Positions 57,847-64,000 of a stretch of DNA of 64,000 nucleotides are shown one piece after another. The notes below the pieces were generated by a model. It ran no database searches. It was not told the DNA's origin and saw only the letters and a program-made list of their open reading frames with translations. This DNA comes from a virus. Taxonomy: Duplodnaviria; Caudoviricetes. Every line of letters starts with the position of its first letter. The first letter of the stretch is position 1. A program made the translations under genes and the position numbers. The stretch spans positions 1 to 64,000 of the IMG/VR virus record IMGVR_UViG_3300044259_000047. The stretch is one strand, 5' to 3'.

Positions 57847-58568
57847 ACGGCCTCAGATTCTTCGATTTGCTTTCTGTATTTCCAAGCAGTATAAACTTTA
57901 GCTAGTGGACTTCGACCTTGCGGATTATCTCGTGTAACGTCAGTTCTGAACAGAAGGAATTTCTTACGAGGGATTTCAATTTCACCAGCAAAGTCTTGAG
58001 AATTAGCAAGTCTAAATCCATCATTAAGAAGGGATGTATCTTGAACTACAGCAAGCAAATCTCTACCGTCGTCAGAGAATTTCCATTCTTTGATTGTGGT
58101 TTGTGATCGTACAGGAAGTTTCTTAATACCTACAAGACCATCATTGTATTTAGAACCATTCACCCTATATCTGCGACGATACACCTTCTCATTAACACAG
58201 TACCCGTATGTAAACATGCTGGTAACTTCTTTAATGAAGGAGAACCAACTGTGTTCCATATCGTCTTTGCATTGCTCTACAAACTTAGTGTATTTCTTCT
58301 CTTCGTCTGTAGCATCAATTGGTGGAAGTACACTCCAATCAACCCTACTAATCATCATCTCAAACAAAGAAAGAGCTGATGCAATAGTTGCATCCTGAGA
58401 CATCTCTTGGTAAGTTCTGTTGGCTCTAGGGTAAACAAGATCCTTTCTAGCTTCTTCAAGAATAATGCCATCAAACTCTTTCAAACCCGGATAACCAGTC
58501 TCTCCAAGCTTTACGCGGGGAATGGCAGAGTCTCCGGTCTGTAGGTCTAGGCTTTCGTTATCTGCCAT
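57847..58568 (-). CDS. portal protein, exon 1
   Basis: follows terminase; YG....EKVY, P.R.Q.T, IPR.KFLLFR, NP.GRSPL. Confidence 0.9.
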
Positions 58569-58593
58569 TTAATTTCCTTTATAAACTTTGATT

Positions 58594-60075
58594 TTACACT
58601 CTAAAGGGGTTAGACTGTGACATAGATGGGAATGAGACGGTAGGAATTTGAAATTTTTGAACAAGGTGTAGGTACGCGAGCGACATGCAGTCACAAACAT
58701 CGTCGTGTCCTGCCTCACCGCTTTTCCTTGTACCATCAAAGTTTTCTAATTCCCGTAAGAAGAATTCGTTATCACATGAAATCTTATTCCAGTAGTCATG
58801 ACCACAATTATCTACAATATGAACAATCCCTAATTCGGCAGATGCTGCAAAAGGTCTAAAGGCATCTAGTTTACCCTGAGAAGCCCTTTGGGTTTTTGCA
58901 ATATAACCTGCTTCAATAATCTGCTTAGCAAGCAATTTAATAGATGCTTTTGCTGCTGGGTTAGGATCTTCACCAAGAACAATTTCAGTTTTAAAACCAT
59001 CTCGTCTAGCGTGGTCTAAAATATGGTCTAGCCACTGTCCGAATGTGATTCGTGTACGTGTTACCTCAATAACAACGTATTCGCCAGAAGATTTCAACCT
59101 ACCCATTTTTACACTAGCAAAGTAGTCAGGGCTTCTGTTACCATCGTGAGGTAGTGTACCAGCTACGTCATAAACCCTCACAAGCTTATCGAATTCTAAG
59201 TCGAGAGGCGCCTTATCTAGTGTTGGGCAAGTTGATCTACTAAAGTATGAACTATTTTCTGGCTTCGCAAACCAGTTACCATGAAGCAATCGTTCACGTT
59301 CAAGACGAGGAAGAGCCTCCAAGTTTTGCTTGTACTGTGGATTTGATTTCATCAACGGGGGGTTATCGTCAATAGTACCAAATAAACCTTGAAAGCTAAT
59401 TGGTGCTTTATCATATCCGTACTTTTCTTGAAGTTCTTCAGCAGTATCGCCCCAACAGAGTTCACCATTAATACGAAGTAGATAACGAATCTTACCGTTC
59501 TTTTCAGGATCAGGACGACCTTCTAAAGGATGACCAAGCGGATACAAATACCACATGGCATACTTTAGAACCCAACTTGCATTGTCGGGGTTACAGGACC
59601 ACCACATTGAATGTGTATTTTTTGCATTAGAACGAAGACGCGACCAAAGCCACCAGAGTTGTTCTTCATTATCTGCATGAGTTACCTCATCGTAGAAAAT
59701 GTTTGAAATCTGAATACCTTGATACTTCTTAGCCGCTGTGTCATTCTCATAATGTGAGAATGAGATTTCACTCCCGCTGGAAAAAACTAGCTTCTGATCC
59801 TTCAATTTCACTTTAAGTTTAGGGTCGTACTGAGTATAAAGAGCAACAGCTTCCCAAAATAAACCACCAGAAGCCATAATGGCGCTGGAGTTCTTACGAA
59901 TACAATATGCTTTATAATGAGGATCTTCTACAAAGCGAAGATGTCTCATTAGACCAACATACGATTTAGATGATCCGGCAGCGCCGCCTACTAGGATAAT
60001 TTGTGCGTCTGAATTGAGGTACTCTTGTTGAAAAGTAGACGCCGGTCCGATAGGAGCCTGCTGTTCACTCATCAC
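58594..60075 (-). CDS. terL: terminase large subunit
   Basis: Walker A GGAAGSSKS, Walker B IFYDE, SCNP coupling motif, HDD.CD nuclease. Confidence 0.95.
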   Translation of the reverse strand: MMSEQQAPIGPASTFQQEYLNSDAQIILVGGAAGSSKSYVGLMRHLRFVEDPHYKAYCIRKNSSAIMASGGLFWEAVALYTQYDPKLKVKLKDQKLVFSSGSEISFSHYENDTAAKKYQGIQISNIFYDEVTHADNEEQLWWLWSRLRSNAKNTHSMWWSCNPDNASWVLKYAMWYLYPLGHPLEGRPDPEKNGKIRYLLRINGELCWGDTAEELQEKYGYDKAPISFQGLFGTIDDNPPLMKSNPQYKQNLEALPRLERERLLHGNWFAKPENSSYFSRSTCPTLDKAPLDLEFDKLVRVYDVAGTLPHDGNRSPDYFASVKMGRLKSSGEYVVIEVTRTRITFGQWLDHILDHARRDGFKTEIVLGEDPNPAAKASIKLLAKQIIEAGYIAKTQRASQGKLDAFRPFAASAELGIVHIVDNCGHDYWNKISCDNEFFLRELENFDGTRKSGEAGHDDVCDCMSLAYLHLVQKFQIPTVSFPSMSQSNPFRV

Positions 60076-60458
60076 TCATTACCTTCTTTTTCTACCTGAG
60101 CGGTAGTTTCAAGATATTCTTTAATCATAACTTTACGGTTACGGCCGGTGATGCCTACGTTATTGCAGATGCTCTTAAGCTTCTCCCAACCCTCAGTACC
60201 TTCCAAACTGTCCAAATATTCTTTTGGATAGATATGTTCTACAGGGTATGCTTGAATAACAGGACCGTTATCTTTAAACTCTGTCAGGTGATCTACATCT
60301 GCAATAAACTCTGCTGAATAAAGGCTTTCAAAAACCGATTGACTTAAGACGGGATAAACACTAGTATTCAGTTTACCGCCGCGAAGGATTACATCTTCAT
60401 AAGCTTTAAGGAAATCTAAAGCATCTACTGCTTTTACTGTAATTCGTTGTTTAGGCAT
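60072..60458 (-). CDS. hypothetical protein
   Basis: start trimmed to MPKQR; promoter inside track ORF. Confidence 0.7.
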   Translation of the reverse strand: MPKQRITVKAVDALDFLKAYEDVILRGGKLNTSVYPVLSQSVFESLYSAEFIADVDHLTEFKDNGPVIQAYPVEHIYPKEYLDSLEGTEGWEKLKSICNNVGITGRNRKVMIKEYLETTAQVEKEGNE

Positions 60459-60490
60459 TTTATGTCCAAAATTCTGTATGTGAAGGGAGA

Positions 60491-60520
60491 ATAATATCAA
60501 AACTATACCCCTAAAGTCAA
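60491..60520 (-). promoter_or_regulatory. sigma70-like promoter
   Basis: TTGACT-18-TATTAT with TG extension. Confidence 0.6.
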
Positions 60521-60593
60521 GCATTTATAAAATATTTCTATTAAAATGCTCTATATTTCAAGAGCATTCTGTAGAATTACTTTGTACAACTAC

Positions 60594-61445
60594 TTAAACC
60601 GGTTTCTCTTCCCAAAACAGGGAGTAAACACCTGTAGCAGCACCAGAACCAAAGTTATGCAGTCTTAGATAATAAGTACCAGCACTAAGACCACGCTCTG
60701 ATTGGGCACCACCACTTACCGTTTGTTGTTGTGCTGTAGCGTTAGCTGCTACAATTCTCGTGTTTTCTACAACAGTTCCACCAGTAACTCCACTACCAAA
60801 TACAACAGGAGCAGCATGTGTTGTAATCGTAATCACTGATGTATAGTATGGCTGCTTACGTTGAGCCATTCTATTCTTACCAATTATCGGTAACGCTGTA
60901 TTGAATGTAGCTACTTCCGTCGCTCCTGTAAGCGCTTGGAATCTAATGCTACCAGCATCTACTGATAGACTCTGCTCAAACAATACAAAATCAATAGGAG
61001 AAACAAATTTAAATATTTGAACATTTCCTGATGGGATGTTAAATTCAAAGAAACTTCTAAACTCTCTTCCTTCAAATAAGCTTGTCTGTCCTTGGTCAAC
61101 ACGAAGTCGTCTAAAGCCCTCAGAACTAGAAGTCCAAACATCTTTAGGAAGATTAGCTACACTATAAGGAGATACAATCTCTCCCGTATCTTGAATTACA
61201 AGTTTACCTGTAACACCTTTCACCCAAACAATTGTATCTGATTCCTCGACATAGAAAGTTTGTGTGGTATAGATAGGGACACCACGAGCATCATCAGCAG
61301 GTTGTGTAGGAGAGACAATAATAGATACTAAACCACTTGTATGGTTTGTAATGACAAAGCTTTTACTTACTGAAATAGAAGCTAAAGTGTTTAAGTTTGA
61401 ATAAGATGTGCTACTAGGGATAGTTACAATCTTCAAAAGCCCCAC
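60594..61445 (-). CDS. hypothetical beta-rich protein (possible virion component)
   Basis: 283 aa ORF, AAGGAG RBS (start may be TTG 61436). Confidence 0.75.
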   Translation of the reverse strand: MGLLKIVTIPSSTSYSNLNTLASISVSKSFVITNHTSGLVSIIVSPTQPADDARGVPIYTTQTFYVEESDTIVWVKGVTGKLVIQDTGEIVSPYSVANLPKDVWTSSSEGFRRLRVDQGQTSLFEGREFRSFFEFNIPSGNVQIFKFVSPIDFVLFEQSLSVDAGSIRFQALTGATEVATFNTALPIIGKNRMAQRKQPYYTSVITITTHAAPVVFGSGVTGGTVVENTRIVAANATAQQQTVSGGAQSERGLSAGTYYLRLHNFGSGAATGVYSLFWEEKPV

Positions 61446-61645
61446 TCCTTTATTTTATAATTATTGGGACTGAAATAAGTGCTGAAGGCCACTTGTCTAC
61501 CTGCCAATCAGCGTGATACTCCATAGGTGAGTATCCTCTCCGCAAGCCCCTCAAGGGGAACTCTGTATAAATTAGGTGAAGCCCCGCCAGAGGCTTCTGG
61601 GTGTGTCCTAGGCAAAGGACGATACCAGACCGTTGCGGCCTAGTT

Positions 61646-61723
61646 TGGTGCCGGATGCGACGGATCGAACGCGCAACCTCCTGAGTACAAAACAGGGATT
61701 CTAACCTATTGAACTAATCCGGC
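61646..61723 (-). tRNA. tRNA-Thr(TGT)
   Basis: GCCGGAT/ATCCGGC acceptor, encoded CCA, anticodon loop TTTGTAC, TTCGA T-loop; irregular T and anticodon stems. Confidence 0.8.
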
Positions 61724-61731
61724 TTTATTAA

Positions 61732-61925
61732 TTTGTGTTGCAGTACCTATCTCTGCTGATCCTATTTAGGCAAGAATCGAACTTGCAACGTCAATGGCTT
61801 TGACTTTCAGTGCCAATTACTCTAAACAGGGCTTTTCATCCATCGTTTCACAATCTGCCAAATTGCTTGTAAGGCTCTTCCGCCGTCTCCGACTGCACTT
61901 CTAGGATTTCAGTGCTGAACACAAA
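61732..61925 (-). ncRNA. structured RNA containing a non-canonical tRNA-like domain (61761-61830)
   Basis: 9-bp acceptor-like stem, GG D-like loop, 5-nt anticodon-like loop, GCAAG-TTCGATT-CTTGC T arm, no CCA; long closing helix. Confidence 0.55.
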
Positions 61926-61931
61926 ACTGTT

Positions 61932-62321
61932 TTAATCTTCTTTATTCCCATGAAGCATAGTTAAGCTGAAGCGTCTGACTGGAACTTCTGGTGTTGAATT
62001 ATCTTCTTCAGGAGTGTCTTCTGAATTCTCTTCCAAAGACTTCTTAATTGCATTTTTACGTTGCTCTTCACCAACTGCTGCTGTTGTCGTTGAAACAATA
62101 CGTTCAATAACCCACTTAGAGCTAGAAAGCTGGTCCTTTGGAACATCTTCACCTTTGATAGATTTTTCAATATTCTCAAGTGAGGCATCTTCAAGCTGTG
62201 AAAGCTTTTTAAGAAGCTTACGCAATTCACTACGTCTACCACGAGGGCCTTTTATACCCTTGCGGTTGATGTTGTCAGGATTAGAACTGAGGCCCTGTTT
62301 GTTCCCAACTGGTGCTGGCAT
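61932..62321 (-). CDS. putative terminase small subunit
   Basis: MPAP.GN...NP.NINRKG N-terminus, acidic C-terminus, upstream of terL. Confidence 0.55.
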   Translation of the reverse strand: MPAPVGNKQGLSSNPDNINRKGIKGPRGRRSELRKLLKKLSQLEDASLENIEKSIKGEDVPKDQLSSSKWVIERIVSTTTAAVGEEQRKNAIKKSLEENSEDTPEEDNSTPEVPVRRFSLTMLHGNKED

Positions 62322-62353
62322 GATAAATACCTTTATAATTATTCTAGAAAGAA

Positions 62354-62546
62354 ATCTTTCTGAAACCTACTAATCAAAAATAGGCTTTAGAAAGATGCAG
62401 CTATCAACAGGAGAATGAATTAATAGCTGCACATAGCTCTACAACATGGAGGAGAAAGACACATTGTAGAGAGATAGCTTCACGTATGAGAGGAGAAACA
62501 AAACGTGAAGCATACACATCGTTACTTGCTTTATTTCGCTGATGTG
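62354..62546 (-). ncRNA. tandem hairpin RNA with anti-Shine-Dalgarno (UUCUCCU) loops
   Basis: five consecutive hairpins; three central ones have 8-9 bp perfect stems and UUCUCCU loops. Confidence 0.7.
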
Positions 62547-62550
62547 GATT

Positions 62551-62622
62551 CATTCCCGGCAAGGGTCGAACTTGCAACCAGAATCTTAGAAGGATTCTGC
62601 TCTACCATTGAGCTACGAGAAT
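62551..62622 (-). tRNA. tRNA-Arg(TCT)
   Basis: ATTCTCG/CGGGAAT acceptor, GCTC/GAGC D stem, GAATC-CTTCTAA-GATTC, GTTCGA; CCA not encoded. Confidence 0.9.
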
Positions 62623-62631
62623 ATTCTTTTA

Positions 62632-63192
62632 TTATGTAAGATAGACATCGATCACGGTTCTGATACTTCCGCGTCCGACTCCGAGTTTTCTGGCTAATCC
62701 TAGAGACCCGAACTCTCTGCTACCCTTAACGTAATTATTTTTAATATAATTAACTTGATCTTCTGTCAACCTGAATTGTGAATTCTCAAGACCATACTTA
62801 GGATTTACCACCTGCAATCCATTCAAAACTGCATGCTGTGCATTTTGCTTCGGTGTGCACCATTCTAGATTAGAAACATGATTATTTGTTTTATTACAAT
62901 CTTTGTGGTTTACCAAAACAACGCCATATACGTGTTTCGAGCACTCGTCTATCATTTCTTGAGAAGGTGGTTCCAGAAATGCTTCAGCTACCATTCTGTG
63001 AACTTTGAATAGTTTTGCCTTTCCATCCCTTCCACCAATCCTAGTTGCAAAGGAAGGATAACCGCCTGTTTTAGAGTTGATAAGTTTTATTGGTCTATTT
63101 CTAGTCTTAGACCAAACGTTACCAAAATTACTAACCATAAAGCGGTCTTCGTACCCAACAACATCTTTCCAAATTTCAATTTCTTCTTGCAT
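62632..63192 (-). CDS. NUMOD4-HNH homing endonuclease in tRNA region
   Basis: EIWKDVVGYE.R..VSN.G, VHRMVAEAF, VNHKD.NK.NN.VSNLEWCT. Confidence 0.92.
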   Translation of the reverse strand: MQEEIEIWKDVVGYEDRFMVSNFGNVWSKTRNRPIKLINSKTGGYPSFATRIGGRDGKAKLFKVHRMVAEAFLEPPSQEMIDECSKHVYGVVLVNHKDCNKTNNHVSNLEWCTPKQNAQHAVLNGLQVVNPKYGLENSQFRLTEDQVNYIKNNYVKGSREFGSLGLARKLGVGRGSIRTVIDVYLT

Positions 63193-63333
63193 TTAAAACC
63201 TCTATAGTCAAATTACTCAATGTCGCAACAGGGACACGGAACAAACCCTACAAAGAGTAATTTGCCATAAAAGTCTTTCTGTTGCGTGTTTTTAACGACT
63301 GTTGCGCAGCCGATAAATCTTTAAAATAGGTTC

Positions 63334-63406
63334 TTGGCCCAAGCAGGTTCGAACTGCTACTGTAGGAATTATGAGTTCCCCGTACTTCCAATTATACGAT
63401 AGGCCA
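63334..63406 (-). tRNA. tRNA with CAT anticodon (elongator Met or Ile2)
   Basis: TGGCCTA/TGGGCCA acceptor, GGGAA-CTCATAA-TTCCT, AGCAG-TTCGAAC-CTGCT; lacks initiator three G-C pairs; CCA not encoded. Confidence 0.85.
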
Positions 63407-63430
63407 TCGGAATAATTTACCTTATACATA

Positions 63431-63459
63431 ATTGTAACATTATTACATCACAATTGCAA
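63431..63459 (-). promoter_or_regulatory. sigma70-like promoter for tRNA/ncRNA transcript
   Basis: TTGCAA-17-TACAAT with TG extension. Confidence 0.7.
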
Positions 63460-63462
63460 GCA

Positions 63463-63654
63463 TTATTCTAAATATTTTTCAGGAACATAGAATTCATCAC
63501 AAATTTCTTGAAACTGATAATGATGTGGCTCATAGTCATCAATGCAATAAACCACAGATAGACACTTACTACATAGGTCTTCTTCACTACCATCATCTTG
63601 TGAAATCTTTACATCTCTCCAAGTCATGGGAACATTACAACATTTACATCTCAT
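63463..63654 (-). CDS. small Zn-finger protein
   Basis: AAGGAG RBS; CKCC...LCSKC. Confidence 0.7.
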   Translation of the reverse strand: MRCKCCNVPMTWRDVKISQDDGSEEDLCSKCLSVVYCIDDYEPHHYQFQEICDEFYVPEKYLE

Positions 63655-64000
63655 TGAATAACTCCTTTGTTGTTATTCTTGTTTGAGTTATTTGTTTAAC
63701 TGGTAAACATAAGTATATCAAGGAAAATCTAAAAATGCAAGCTTTTACATAAAATATTTTAACTTGTGTAAGACTCCCAATCATCCGTATCAAAATAGAG
63801 ATAGAAGTCAGAAAGCAGATAACCGAAATAACCATCAGCCTTATGGAAAACTACAGGATCACCAAATGTCCAATCATCAACAAAATAATCTTCTACCTTT
63901 GTGTTTGTATTCTTAGCAATCCATTGAAGCTCTTTAAAATATAGGGGTGTGTTTGATTCTCTGTATTTAACCCATTCTTGACCTAGGGATAGTATTTCTT

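Noticed and set aside
56083-58568. Two separate portal fragments or a pseudogene
   Set aside because: Intron removal restores one in-frame 492-aa protein.
61732-61925. tmRNA or a functional tRNA-Gly
   Set aside because: No terminal CCA or alanine-type acceptor end, no convincing tag frame, and non-canonical linkers and anticodon loop.
62354-62546. CRISPR mini-array reading of the hairpin series
   Set aside because: Stems are not direct repeats of each other, only the loops share a motif, and no cas genes are present.
100-63835. Many antisense or alternate-frame ORFs in the track (e.g. 100-579, 4002-4475, 21506-22006, 53183-53698, 55478-55987)
   Set aside because: They shadow well-supported genes on the other strand or frame and lack RBS and motifs.
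1-64000. Prophage features (integrase, repressor switch, att sites) and reverse-transcriptase systems
   Set aside because: No recombinase or RT motifs were recognised and no host genes flank the phage genes in this window.

Overview
A 64-kb slice of a lytic, contractile-tailed (myovirus) dsDNA phage genome. Gene order and protein types resemble the PAK_P1/Felix-O1-like architecture; a Pseudomonas-type Gammaproteobacterial host is my inference, not proven. 1-13.4 kb (minus strand): small early/accessory ORFs driven by sigma70-like promoters, including a Zn-dependent deaminase-like protein, a DenV-like glycosylase, a Lar-like protein, two genes broken by single in-frame stops and a PolA-superfamily polymerase-like gene. 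13.6-33.5 kb (plus): replication and nucleotide metabolism (primase-helicase, family-B DNA polymerase, SSB, 5'-3' exonuclease, dUTPase, ThyX, NrdAB). 33.6-62.3 kb (minus): lysis, tail/baseplate, head, portal and terminases, then the start of a tRNA region (Thr-TGT, Arg-TCT, CAT). No integrase or CRISPR array was seen. Most notable: (1) an array of RNA hairpins just 3' of tRNA-Arg whose loops display anti-Shine-Dalgarno sequences with 10-13 nt perfect complementarity to the ribosome-binding sites of specific phage early/middle genes, a candidate multi-guide translational silencing RNA; (2) a 1007-nt group I intron carrying an HNH ORF that splits the portal gene; (3) a tRNA-mimic nested in a larger structured RNA; (4) two unrelated polymerases; (5) a hidden HNH nuclease with an apparent ATC start, a SAR-endolysin remnant, and a LAGLIDADG ORF beginning with a head-tail-adaptor-like N-terminus. 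All calls are from reading the sequence and recalled family motifs; no searches were run.
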